A program made the position numbers and the translations under genes. Of a DNA stretch of 64,000 bases, positions 1 to 12,442 are shown in pieces. The stretch's first letter is position 1. Every line of letters begins with the position of its first letter. The notes beneath the pieces are model-generated. The model did no database searches and was not told the DNA's origin. It saw only the letters and a list, made by a program, of their open reading frames with translations. The stretch is from Carcharhinus longimanus (Eukaryota): positions 7,244,831 to 7,308,830 of the forward strand of contig JASCQW010000032.1 of assembly GCA_030264375.1 (NCBI GenBank). Reading direction: 5' to 3'.

Positions 1-350
1 CAGGTAGAGAGTCGGCCCCTCACCAGGCCGTACACAGGTAGAGAGTCGGCCCCTCACCAGGCCGTACACAGGTAGAGAGTCGGCCCCTCACCAGGCCGTA
101 CACAGGTAGAGAGTCGGCCCCTCACCAGGCCGTACACAGGTAGAGAGTCGGCCCCTCACCAGGCCGTACACAGGTAGAGAGTCGGCCCCTCACCAGGCCG
201 TACACAGGTAGAGTCGGCACTTCGCCTGGCAGTAAACAGGTAGAGTCGGCACTTCGCCTGGCAGTAAACAGGAAGAGTCGGCACTTCACCTGGCAGTAAA
301 CAGGAAGAGTCGGCACTTCGCCTGGCAGTAAACAGGAAGAGTCAGTCCCT
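1..350. repeat. GC-rich minisatellite: six 34-bp units then four 32-bp variant units
   Basis: caggtagagagtcggcccctcaccaggccgtaca x6 (1-204), then cagg(t/a)agagtcggcacttc(g/a)cctggcagtaaa x4 (205-332), then degenerating; truncated by the window start. Confidence 0.95.
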
Positions 351-2442
351 CACCCAGCTGTATACATACAGGGTGAGAGCCAGCGTTTCACCTGATTGTA
401 TCCTGAATGTCAGCGTCTTGCCTGACAGTAGCCTGGGGAGAAAGTTGGTTGATATCTCCTCTGACTGTATCCCAGGGAGCTTACATTCCGTTGTATTTTT
501 TTCTCTTGCACTTGGCAAGCACTTCCCAAAAACACCACTTTTATAAATTTTCATTCTTATCATCCCACTAAAAGAAGAGATTACATTTCTACTACTTCTG
601 TTTGAGTTGCAAATGGTGCCAAAAACTAAACCCAAGCTTTGAAATCATAAAACTAAACTCAGATACCATCCTTCAGATAAACCCATCAACAGATGCGCTC
701 CTTATTGTAACATTTCTTAACTGACTGCACTGAATGTAAATGTTTTTGAACCATTTGATAGCAGCCACTTTGAATCTTAAACTGACCAATCAATACAGTT
801 CGGACAGCCAAATTTATTATAGATGTTTTGACTTTTGGTTGTGGGAGGCCCACGGGAATTAAGTGTGGGTACACTCAGCATTATTCCTGATGGGCAAGAG
901 CCAACAGCACCAAACTAACACTTATTGTGTATTAAATTGTAGGTGTCATTTACAAAGGTGGCAAGTCTGGGTGCTACAAGTTTAGATAGGTCTCAGATTC
1001 TCTTGGGCACAAGGATCTAAGTTGCATTGTATTTAGGAATTTTCCTATGTTGCTCAATATCAAATACACAGCAGCATAATCCAGAGGTGTAAACATTTCT
1101 GTGATGGGAGCTGGATGTTGTGTTTTCATTGATGCATTTATGTGCTTATGCAATTTTTTAAAGTGAACTGAGAAACTCTTGTGTGCATAAAGCTGAGGCA
1201 TGCTGTTGGGGCAAAATACAGAGAGCTTGACAATGCATCAAACATCTGTATACTATGAGTGGAATGATGTAGAGGGAGCTTTATTTTGTATCTCACTTCT
1301 GTTGTACTTGCTCTGGGAAAGCTTTTAAGAGTCAGTGTAGAGAAAATTTTACTCAACAATTGGTGTTGCATCTGATTTGGGAGTGCTCACACTCCTCATC
1401 ATGAGTAGCATAAAATTAGAAGTTTTTTCTGAAGAATTTATTGATTGGAAAAACCTGATACCCATAATAATGTTTGTCGTGCCTATGTAGATATTTTGTA
1501 TCATAGAAAGATTTTGCATTGTAAAGCAATATAGGGGATGTGATATAAGATGTCAGGTGACTATTTTGAGAAAGATGTAACAAATACTTCAACCTAAGAA
1601 AAACCTTTACTAAAGCTAATAGGACAGAGAATTAGAAGAAAGATATCGAAATGAAGGGAGGGGAAATCCAAGTTTCAGGTAAGTGACGGAATAATCCAGC
1701 ATCTGACACCTTACTTGATAGCTTTGAAGTGTAGATGGTGTTGTATGATGTGATTGGTGGAACGGATGCCTTCTGTGCTAGACAATGCTACTACCACAAT
1801 AAGCTCATCAGACAATTGTCAAAGATCTAGTAAATGGATCTTCTAAGTAACTCTTAAAAGTAGGTATGCAAATCAATAACCAGCAGTCTGGTACACCCAT
1901 AAACCTGACAGTGAGTTGGAAGCACCGTGAGCTACTGTAAAGGTCAGTACAGATGATGTCACTCCCATGTCATTTGATAACATAATGAAGATCTATTTCA
2001 GCCAGGCGATTCTGATATTTGCCCCAGCTTAATGAAATGCCTGCAGACCTGGTCTTACACTCCCTCAAACTGCTGACTTAAAAGTGACTAAAGAATCAAC
2101 TCCTTGCAGTTCATAAGTGAAAATCAATTATCTGAAGTTTTTAAGAGGGCTTACAGTACCATTATGAATGTTGAAAGGGACAGGCCCATTGTCTTCATTT
2201 TTTTTGCCTTTCTACAAATCAAATCTGCAAAGCGATATTTCCTGGGATAAAATTGCATGGACCATAAGTCTACAATGTGAAGCAGCCTGTTTGGCTCATC
2301 TAGACATGCCAGCCTGTATATTCCACATTATCCTTCTCACGCTACTTCATCTGATCTGATCAACGTATGCTTCCATTCCTTATGCATGTTCCAATATGAG
2401 CCTATTACTTAGTTAAACCATACCATGTGACAGCAGGTATGA

Positions 2443-2640
2443 AAGTCATCATAGTCCCAGAGGACCATAGGTTGATGTTCCCTTTGTGTGAGAACGAGCT
2501 GATTGGTGGTGATTTAATCTGAGGATCATCACATCTTAGGCAAGGAGCAAGACTAAGGAGTTGGGGTCTTGTATAACCTCAACCTGAACAGGAATTGAAC
2601 CTGCGCTATTGGCTTTGCTCCGCATCATGAACCAAACAGC
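2443..2640 (-). mobile_element. tRNA-derived SINE (related, internally deleted copy at ~34490-34615)
   Basis: B-box-like ggttcaattcc on the - strand (ggaattgaacc); both copies share aaagtcatc(a/g)t(a/t)gtcc...gacc and aacctca...ggaattgaacc. Confidence 0.6.
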
Positions 2641-2649
2641 AGATACAGA

Positions 2650-5300
2650 AAATATATTATCACTCAGACCCTTGAACCTGTTCCAGCATTTGTTTAGATA
2701 ATGGCTGATCTATATATTAACCCCATCGACTCATCTCAGTTCCATAACCTTTAATGCTCTTGCAAAAATCTAGTAATCTCCATTTTGTAATTTTCAATTG
2801 CTATGCAGCCTCAATGCTGATTGGGGTAAGCGTGCCCACAACCCTTTGTGTCAAGCGTTTTCTGACATTATCCCTCAGTGAAGTAATTCTAATATTAAGG
2901 TTATACATGCTCAAGCTCCACACTTCTACCACTTCCTGGCTGAAAAAATTTACCTTAAACTCCAGACTTATTAGTGATTATTCTATATCCATGAACCTTA
3001 ACAATCAGGAAGATCTTTCCAGGTCCATCCACAAAACCNNNNNNNNNNNNNNNNNNNNNNNNNNNNNNNNNNNNNNNNNNNNNNNNNNNNNNNNNNNNNN
3101 NNNNNNNNNNNNNNNNNNNNNNNNNNNNNNNNNNNNNNGTCCATCCACCAAACCTGAAGAAGACAAGCAAAGTGTGTAACACTTACTAAACATTGGAAAA
3201 CTGACTCTCAAACATAGTGTGAGCTACTGTTTATTTCCCCGTTATTTGAAGAAACTAAACAACAGATCTGATATTCTGGCTAAGATCAATTAATTCTGCA
3301 TGAGCTGGTAATGTTCTTTTGCACATAGCTTAGTGTTGCACTAAGGAAGTAGCTGTGGGTTTTGGGAGACTGGCACTGGTATATTCTTGTTGGGGATCCC
3401 CTAATTGGTGCTTCTGAATTCACATTCAGTTAAGAACGGTGGGAGAGGAACCTCCCTAATGCTGTTGGCTCATTCAGAAGACCGTTAGCTCTGAAACTTT
3501 GGCAGCCCCATGGTGAGAGGTGGGAGCTTGGTGGGGCTTCTCCAGGGAGGCAGTCATAGAGAGGTAAGTTTAAAACAAAAATTCAAAGAAGCTAAGCAGG
3601 CATGCTGCTTGGACTGGAGAGATCCCCTCAAACCCAATTGAAATTAGCCCTCTTCCAATTTAGTTCTACTTTGGGTTGTTGCTTGCTCATCCCATAACTA
3701 ATCCAAACTCTATGGTGATCACTCTTACCCTAGAGTTCTTTCAGAGACATTTGGTTCACTTGGCCCACCTCAGTCCCCAGCTAAAGATCGCTATCCAACA
3801 GTGTTGGCTTCTTCAATGCTGAACTGACAATATATTGGTCAAGGAAGCACTCCTTGCTACATTTCAAAAATTCCTCCCCATCCTTTCCCTTGACTCTAAT
3901 ATTTTCTTAATTAACATATGGATAATTAAATTCTCCCAATGTCACCACTCTGTAGTTTTTAACACATCTCTCTGATTTTCATGCAGATTCGCTCCTCTAA
4001 CTTTCTGTGCCATTATTTGGAGGCCTGTTGAATACCCCAGTAGTGTGATTATACTCTGTTTGCTTCTGAACTCTAACTAAATGGATACTATCTTTTCCCT
4101 CTTGAGGGCTTCCTGTCTTCCAAGACTACAATGTCATCCCTATTCAGTACTGCCGCATCACCTCCCCTATCTTTTCTGAACACTGTATTTTTAGCCACAT
4201 TTCGGTTACTGCTACTGAATCATATTCTCACATGGCTATTTGTGTTTTTCCTCCCCAACCTTATCCATGGATTTACAAACATGCATTCCAAACTTATTGT
4301 TATATTCCTTGTAGTCCTTCTTAATCTTTTTCAATCTCATGTGGCACTACTTCCTTTTCTAATACTTTCTAATGCTCTCACTCTTTAATGCATCTAATTG
4401 CTATTCTGAATGCTGGTGCCCACCCGTAGAACTATAGAATTCCTGCAGTGCAGAAAGAGGTCATTCGTCCTGACACCGACTGTCCGAAAGAGTATCTCAC
4501 CCATCCTGTCCTATCCCCATAACTCGCGCATTTACCATGGCTAATCCCTATAACCTACACATCTTTGGATAGTAAGAGGCAATCTAGATCAGCTGATCCA
4601 ATGTAACCTGTATATCCATGGGATGAAAGCCAGAGGAAACCCATATAGATATGGGAAGAATGTGCAAAAGCCACACAGTTACCCAAGGTTGGAACTGAAC
4701 CTGAGTCCCTGGTACTGTAAGGAAGAGCGCTAACCACTGTGCCACCATGCCACCCTATTTAGTTTAAACTCTCTCCAACCACACTAGTGAATCTTCCTAC
4801 AAGGATCCACTCCTGTTGAGTGAAATTCATCTTTTGAATAAGTGCCTCCTGTCCTAGATTGGTCCAAATGTCCTGCCTCTTGCATTGTGCCTCAAGCTAC
4901 GTTGATTCTCCCTATCATTTTGTTTCTACTCTCACTGGCCCACAGCACTGAGAGTAGTCAAGAGAGTACCATCTGCAAATTTCTACTCTGCCCTGGCTCC
5001 TGAAAGTCAGACTACGGAACTCCAATACCTACCCTTTTTGATGTGACTCATCACTTTTGGCTTACTCCCTTCCCCTGCAGATATTTTGCACCTTCTCTGT
5101 GATGTCCTTCATACTGGCATCATATGGCAACACACCAGATGGGACTCTTGATAACATTACAGAAATGTCTACCTCTCTTCCTAACAATGGAATTTTCTAT
5201 ACTGACTGCATCTCTACTCTGCTGTTTTCCTCTGTGCAGTTCCGTGTCCATTGGTGCCATGATCTTGCTTCACAGCAGTCTCCGATGCTGAATACTGGTG
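2650..5300 (-). mobile_element. Degraded CR1 LINE fragments (3' end ~2650-3040; endonuclease/ORF1 side ~3780-5300)
   Basis: Reverse-strand similarity to the CR1 segments at 43910-44240 and 46560-47100; no intact ORF. Confidence 0.5.
4428..4755 (-). mobile_element. HE1/V-SINE-like tRNA SINE
   Basis: Head gcgctaaccactgtgccaccatgccaccc, core gaggaaacccat..., tail tagaattcctgcagtgcagaa; similar to five other copies in the window. Confidence 0.85.
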
Positions 5301-6719
5301 TGTGCTTACTGACTATGCCATAAGGGGAGATGCAGCTGGCTGTGTATTTGCCATTCAATTATATCACACACACCCATTTAATAGTGCTTGTTCAGCATGA
5401 ATGTCCTTTGCTAAAAAAGTTCATGGGTTGTTTTTCCCCTTCTCTTGATGAAGGCAGACATGCATATCATACACTGAGAGGAACCAGAACAGTTGTCATT
5501 TCCAATTAGTGTTCCCAGATTACATTCCCAACAGTATTCCAATTCAACTTCCTTTAGCTCCCTCCATTAATGGGGTCATGACCATTGGACATTAAGTTGT
5601 CACGACCCTGATATTGTTAGGTTCATTGTATATCTTTGTCCATTTGCTATTTTTTTTAAGATTAACCTTTTGATGACTTAAGCATAAAGCCTTACTCTCT
5701 GAAGCCTAAATCTCTTTTATAGCTAGGAGAGGAAAAGAGTGTTTTAAAGAATTTGGCATCTTTACCTCTGAGCCCCTCCATCAGTAAAGACTGCCACCTG
5801 ATGAGAAACCACTCAGGTTCCACTTCCTGATTTGGGCTGGATTAGCTCATATTAGTGGCACCCCACGTTTACATAAAAGGAATATTTTAGCCATAATGAC
5901 TTCTCCTGACTCTTATTCAGTGACTGTTGCTAGAAAATAAACATCTGTAGTTATTGTGGTCCTGTACCCCTCTCCTGAAGTTCTGATTTTCACTGGGCAT
6001 TCTGACACAACTACTGGGTACCATCTGGTAGCCTCCTGACTCAGGTTGGCGAATGGGTCCATTGGTACTGTGTGTCCTAGAATAATGCAGTGTCCTCGGG
6101 TCAGGTTGTATAAACAATAGTTGCCCTGTGGGGCATGTCATGCCATCCTTTCCCTCCCAAGTCTTGAGCTCCTAAGGACTTGGCCTCAGTTTGGTATTGT
6201 TCTAAGGGTTCCTGGCACAAGAGACATTTCATTCATATATCAGCCTAGATAATATATGGCGGCAAGATATTTGACTGTTGGCAGGGCTTGACACGTACTG
6301 AACCCATACTATTTCAATGTCCACATGTACACTTTTGCCATGGGAGTCCGGCTGGAACTGACCCAGGTCCCTGGTGCTGTGAGTGTAACAAGTATTCTAA
6401 GGCAGAGTATTATAAAATAAATATATAAACCACATGAGGAGATATTAAGTCACATGACCAAAAGGTTGGTCAAAGAGGTCAATTCTAGGGAGTATTTATT
6501 GAAGCCATTTTTAAGAAAGCCAGTTGTAGCATCTTTACTGTTGCTGAAATTAAGATCTGCTAACTCAGCAAGGTCAAAACAAACTTGGGACTGCCTGGCC
6601 TTTATCAGGAGAACTCACACGTAGCTTTTAACTAGTTGTTGAATCCTCATAGGAATGGATTCCCTTTGAAGATGGGCATGTTTTCTGTCACATGATATTG
6701 GCCAAAAGGAACGTCTGTG

Positions 6720-6975
6720 AAGTCAAGCACAAAGTTCAAAGGAGATGTGAGGAGCAAGGTTTTTACACAGAGTGGTATGTGTCTGGAATGCACTGCCAGG
6801 GGTGGTGGTGGATGCAGATATGATAGGGACGTTTAAGGAGCTTTTGCATAAGCACATGAATGTGCAAGGAATAGGGGAATACGGACCAAGGGCAGGTAAA
6901 AGAGATCAGTTTAAATTTGGCATCATGTCGACACAACATCGTGGGCCGAAAGGCCTGTTCAATGTTCTGTGTTCA
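6720..6975 (+). mobile_element. CR1 LINE 3' end
   Basis: FFTQ-like / VCVWNALPGVVVDADMIGTFKELLHKHM C-terminus and gtgggccgaaaggcctgtt tail. Confidence 0.85.
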
Positions 6976-7821
6976 ATAACGTGGATCATTGGGAGCCCAG
7001 GCAGCTTACATATAACAATGAGGTGCACACAGCATGAAGGCTCCATAATGCATAAAGCTTGGGACTTGTAAAATAAAAGACTGTGTGGACTGTCAAACCC
7101 TACTGCTGTAACTGAAAACTTTGTAAAGCTGGAAGTAGATTGGAAAAATTGTTAAATCTGAGAGCTTTATAATGTGTGACATGTCTCAACAGTGCGAGAG
7201 TTGGAGATGAGCGCCTGATTATGGTGAAGTTGTTCATCAGAAATTATATCTCAAGAGATTCTTGTGCTTAGGGTGGGATTTTTAACTAGGACTTTTAGTA
7301 ATTGAAATTAAGTGTATAAATTCGAACAATTTCTATACTAATAAAAACTGCAGCTGTACTATTAACATTCACTAGCCTTCCATGTGCCTTCCCCGGGTTG
7401 CTAATAAAAGTTTCATACTTAGATTCTGTTTCCTGTGCCTAAAGAAGGATTGTAAAAAGGGTGCAGAAATATTCAGCAAGTACATAATTTGAAGCTATTT
7501 TGGGTCCTCGAATGGGCACAGAACTCACACTGTTGAGGAAATGAGGAGAAATAAGAGTAAAACACTCTCTCCCTCCTCCTTCATAGAGTGGGCCCCAAAT
7601 GTGGTGAGACATTGTGCATTGGGGACTCTGCCTTCAGCTGCCTGGGCTCTGAGCTCTGGAATTTCCTCCCTAAACCTCTGTGCCCCTGTACCTCAGTTTC
7701 TTCCTTATAAATACTCCCTAGAATTGACCTCTTTGACCAACCTTTTGGTCACGTGACTTAATATCTCCTCATGTGGTTTATATATTTGTTTTATAATGCT
7801 CTGCCTTAGAATGCTTGTTAC

Positions 7822-8184
7822 ATCACAGTGCCAGGTACCCAGGTTCAGTTCCAGCCTTGAGGGTTTGCACATTCCTCCTCCTCCTCGTCCTCCTCCTCCC
7901 CCCGCCCCGGTGTCTTTGTGGGTTTCCTCTGGGTGCTCCAGTTTCCTCCCACAGTCCAAATATGTGCACATTAGGTGGATTAGCCATGCTCAATTGCCCC
8001 TTAGTGTCCCAAGATATGCAGGTTATGGGGATTATTGGGGTAAATATATGGGGTTGGAGGATAGGGCCTGGTTCAGATGCTCTGTTGGAGAGTCGGTGCA
8101 GACTCGATAGGCCAAGTGGCTCCTTTTTGTGCTTGATGGGCCAAATGGCCCCTTTCTGCACTGTAGGGATTCTCTATGACTCTA
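7822..8184 (+). mobile_element. HE1/V-SINE-like SINE (5' truncated, internal CCT expansion)
   Basis: gtgggtttcctctgggtgctccagtttcctcccacagtccaaa core; ctgcactgtagggattct tail. Confidence 0.85.
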
Positions 8185-9119
8185 AAGGCTCTACACATGT
8201 TGTTATACCCTCCAACATCTACACTCAGATATGGTGATACACTCTGTCTGCTACCTCACACAGTGAATCCTAACTTAACCCCTCACAAATGGGGACCCAT
8301 AGTTCCTATCCTTCCTGGACATGGACCACAAAATAGGCACCACACAGGGTCAATGAGATCATCTGGTAAGCCAAAATCATGATACTTAAATACTGTCTGG
8401 ATAACAATAATTTCTGTATCATTAAAATGATCATCATCTGTACAGGCATGACGAGAAATGTATGATAGCCTTTCTCAGACAGGTGATTGTTGTAGACACA
8501 GGTCTTCAGGCAATGAGATTGTAGTGTTGGCTCATAATGATGTGTTAATTTGATAATTATGGTACCTCAGGCAATAAGAAAGAGCGATTGTTTGCAGACT
8601 CGATTTGTCACTGTGTCTGTGAGTGATGATATTACATCTGCCTTATGTGAAGGGTAAAAGAGACAGAGGCTCACTGTGTCTGACTGGTGATGTTGGAGCC
8701 TTATGTGTGAGAGAGGAGTGTTTCACTGTGTCTGTTGAGACCACTCTGAGAAGGAGCAGGAAGAGAATGCCCCACCCTATTTGCAGCGCTAAAAAAACTG
8801 GAAATATTTACATTTGTCAGTTATTATCTGTGTAACGATGCTGAAATTAACCTTCAATGTTGCAAGTAGGATCAGTTGCTGTTTTATCCCCTTCGTTGGT
8901 ACCAGCAACAGGCATCTTACTGCATAACTACCCAAGAAGTGTCTGATCAGTCTTTTTTGTTGAAGTGATGGCAGCAGGCAACCAGACAATCAAATCCAAC
9001 CAAAATTTCCCCATTGTGTTGAAACATTTCGTCAAGCTGTAATTGGGAATGCCATATGTGTTAGTAAGCTGCATGCATTCCATGCTTATTACTTCAAAAA
9101 GAAGATGGCTTGCACCAAT

Positions 9120-9460
9120 GTAGTACATTACCATTTCACAAAGTGCTTCTCAGAAATGACTTAATTTTGGAATACAATAGCTGTTGTCAGAAAAGTGGCA
9201 GTAATTTTGCCTGCAGCAAGATCGCAGAGAATGCATTGAGACGATGAATCAGTAAACTTGCTGTTAATTGAGAAAGGTATGTTGGGTGGGGCATCAGATC
9301 TGAACAGGCAGTTCTGTGGTTTATGTGTTTTATCAAAATGATGATACCTCCAACAATCCCTGCATTCCTTTAGTATTGCATAGGAATCACAGCCCAGAGT
9401 TGTATTTGTACCAGGAGCAGAGATGTGGAATCTCAGATTGGACTCAACAATCCGAATCTG
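9120..9460 (-). mobile_element. SacSINE1/DeuSINE-like SINE, degenerate (related copies ~12650-12895 -, ~15560-15860 +, ~17915-18190 -, ~42500-42960 +)
   Basis: Shared blocks such as aaagacttgcattt / gcaaggtcccacaaa / tcatctgaaag among the copies; family name from recall. Confidence 0.55.
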
Positions 9461-10998
9461 GTTCACAAATGTCTTTTAAGAAAGGAAATCCTTACCTGGT
9501 CTGGCCTATTGCAGACCCACTGTGGTTGACTCTTAGAATCTCTCTGAAATGGCCTAGCAAGTCATTCAGTTGTAGCTAACTGCTACAAAGTCTACAAAAA
9601 GGAACGAATCCGGAAAGATCACCCAGGCATCGGAAACAATGAAGGCAAACTCAAGCCTATAAAGTCCTCCTTCCGAACGACAGGGGGCTTGTACCAGAAT
9701 TGGGAGAGCTGTCCCACAGGCTGTTCAAGCAACACACTAACATAGTCAGGCTCATGGAAACATACCTTACAGACATGTCCCAGTGACTACCATCATCATT
9801 CCTGGACATGTCTTGCTCCACCAACAAGACAGATGTGTCAAAGGTGGCAGGCAGCATAGTAGTATACAGTTAGGAGAGAAAAGCACTGGTAGTTCTCAAC
9901 ATTGTCACTGGACCTGTGAAGTCTCGAGGCATTGCCAGTTAGCATAATGATTATGGAACTGCTTTAGTAATCTAGAAACCTGCACTAATGATCTAGAGAC
10001 ATGAGTTTAAATTCCACATGGTAGCAGGGGAATATCATTTCAATTAATGAACTAAATCTGGAATAAAAATCTTGTACCAGTAAAGGTGATCATAAAGCTA
10101 TTGGATAGTTATTAAAAATCCATCTAGTTCACTAAATGTCCATTAGAAAAGGAAATCTGTTGGTGTATAAGTGCTTCTAGACTCTCAGCAATGTAGTTGA
10201 TCCTGAACTGCTCTTTGAAGTGGACCTTCAATCCACTCAGTTGCGTTCAAAATTGTGGCTCACCACCATCACCTTGGATATGAATTTATTCATAAATTAA
10301 AAAATGTATAGCTGCAAATTGTTATACTGTTTTGAAGTCCCAGGCCAGCATGGTATTGGAACCAGGATTATTGCACTGAACCTACAGACAGGAGTTTGAA
10401 CTAAGTGTATTTCGTTGGTAGCACTCTTGCCTCTGAGTCAGAAAGTTAATTCTATAGATTATGGAGGATACAGAGCAGGATCAGTAATGTATTTATTAAA
10501 TTCCATGATTGAAGAAGAACCCTGTTATAAATGTGATAAATCTCACAAATGATTAATAGCCTGATCCAAAGTATGTAAAGGTGATGAAAAGCTTTGATTA
10601 TTCACCATTCATTTTCATTTTGTTAATTTTGCTCAACACTTTAATATTTCGTCAACATATATAGTGGTTTTAAAGCAATTAAAGATTGCAGAGTGCTATA
10701 AAAAAGGGTGCAACAACGGTCAACTGCTAGAAGAAAGTTTGAATAAAGACAAGTGAAGTTGGAATTGAAGTTTTGGGGAGAGATGACGAAGGTGGAGTGA
10801 AATAATCAGGGAGAGGTGATTGAAAGTGGAGTCAGAGTTGTTGGGAGGTAATTGAAGGTTCAAACCTTTCCTGATTGAATGCATTTATGCTAGCTGAGAT
10901 ACTCCTGTTGGACTCTGGTAAATTACCTAAGTGTATTTCAGGGAGCCTGGTTAATTTGTTTAACTGTTTAGAACATCACAGCCAAATAAATCCTGTCG

Positions 10999-11001
<3 letters not shown>

Positions 11002-11041
<40 letters not shown>
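11002..11041. repeat. (CA)n microsatellite (others at ~39847-39874 and ~56951-57007)
   Basis: About 20 AC units read directly. Confidence 0.95.
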
Positions 11042-11043
<2 letters not shown>

Positions 11044-11149
11044 CCTGAACGCGTATTTATCGGATAGCCGTTTTGGCTGATTTTGCCATTCTCCCTTTGA
11101 TCAAAGTTACTGATGCAATTGTGGTGCCCATAATGAGGCCCTGGTTGAG

Positions 11150-11320
11150 ATTTGTGTAGAGATGCTGGCGTTGGACTGGGGTAAACACAGTAAGAAGTCT
11201 CTCAACACCAGGTTTAAGTCCAACCAGTTTATTTGATAGTAATCCTACTATCAAATTATGTGGGATTACTATCAAATAAACTGGTTGGACTTGAACCTGG
11301 TGTTGTGAGACTTCTTACTG
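11150..11320. mobile_element. Fold-back Penelope pseudo-LTR mini-element
   Basis: gagatgctggcgttggactggggtaaacacagtaagaagtct matches the terminus at 40618-40667 that adjoins the Penelope ORF (across a gap); 58-bp inverted arms. Confidence 0.8.
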
Positions 11321-12157
11321 AGATGTGTATCCAGCATTGGGCCTTGCTTGGTCTGTATGGGTCACCTCTCCATTGTTCTTTCTAACAAACTACTGGGAAG
11401 TCAGAGTATTGAATTACCTGGAGCCAGAAAATTTGGAATACCTCCACACACAGTCCAAAAAGAAACAAAACAATTAGAAAAAAGCAGGAACATGTTGGTT
11501 TTAAATTTCAATCCTTCCAGATTCCAGCAAGTGAGAAAAGAATGTCAAAGAAAGCAAGCTGTAATTGTTATCCTATGAAATGCATCTTAAACAGGGTTGA
11601 AACTGTGATTGCCATTTTTAATTGCATGAAAGCAATATAACACTTAACTATGCAAGCAGGAGTTACAGTGGATGAGGGACCTCTGGCCTCTTTAGTGTTT
11701 TTAATTCTGGGCTGGTCTGTCTGTGTGAATGAAGATGTATTTTCAGTGTTGTTGACGCTGATTGTTGGGAGAGCTTGCCAAAAGGAGTGAAACAGTAGCT
11801 GGGAACAGACAGCGTGCCTCCAGGCTTGAGACTGGTCTGGCTCCACAATTTGTAAACATAACCCTCAGCCCCATCAAGCAGGCATGCAATTCATCTGATC
11901 AACAGGCAGGAAGTTCTGGATTTTTTTGTATGTAAATTGAGCTATTTGTGCCCAAAAGGAATCTTTAGGTTTTACTGAGCTTGTTTAAAGAGGTGAAAAT
12001 CACTAGATTGATGGAATAGGCTGAAAAATTGTGCATAGGTGAGAGCTGTTTATTTGCTTTGAGGTGAATGTCACAACTGACCCCGAACAAATGTATATGT
12101 GTATCCAGCCCATTGTCATCTTACACTAATTGTAGAGTAAATTGTTTCCTTACCTCT

Positions 12158-12442
12158 CAGAATCTGCAGTGCAGAAGGAGGCCATTTGCCCCATTGAGCC
12201 TGCACCAAAGACAATTCCACCCAGGTCCCATCCCCTCAACCCCACATGTTTAGCCTCCTAATCCCCCTGACACTAAGCCAATCAATTTAACCCACACATC
12301 TTTGAACTCTGGGAGGAAACCGGAACACCCAAAGGAAACCTATGCAGACATGGGGAGAATATGCAAACTCCACATAGTGACCCGAGGCTGGAATTGAGCT
12401 CTGGTCCCTGGCGCTGTGAGGCCACTGTGCCACCATGCCACT
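12158..12442 (-). mobile_element. HE1/V-SINE-like SINE
   Basis: gggaggaaaccggaacacccaaaggaaacc core; cactgtgccaccatgcc head. Confidence 0.85.

Noticed and set aside
1-332. CRISPR-like array of 32-34-bp repeats
   Set aside because: Units are head-to-tail with no unique spacers, there are no cas genes, and the context is a vertebrate intron; it is a minisatellite.
7095-7130. ACT GAA AAC TTT (TENF) as possible BMPR2 exon 3
   Set aside because: The flanking frame (PTAVTENFVKL) lacks the CC...CN cysteine box and splice sites; chance match. Exons 1-3 were not found in the window.
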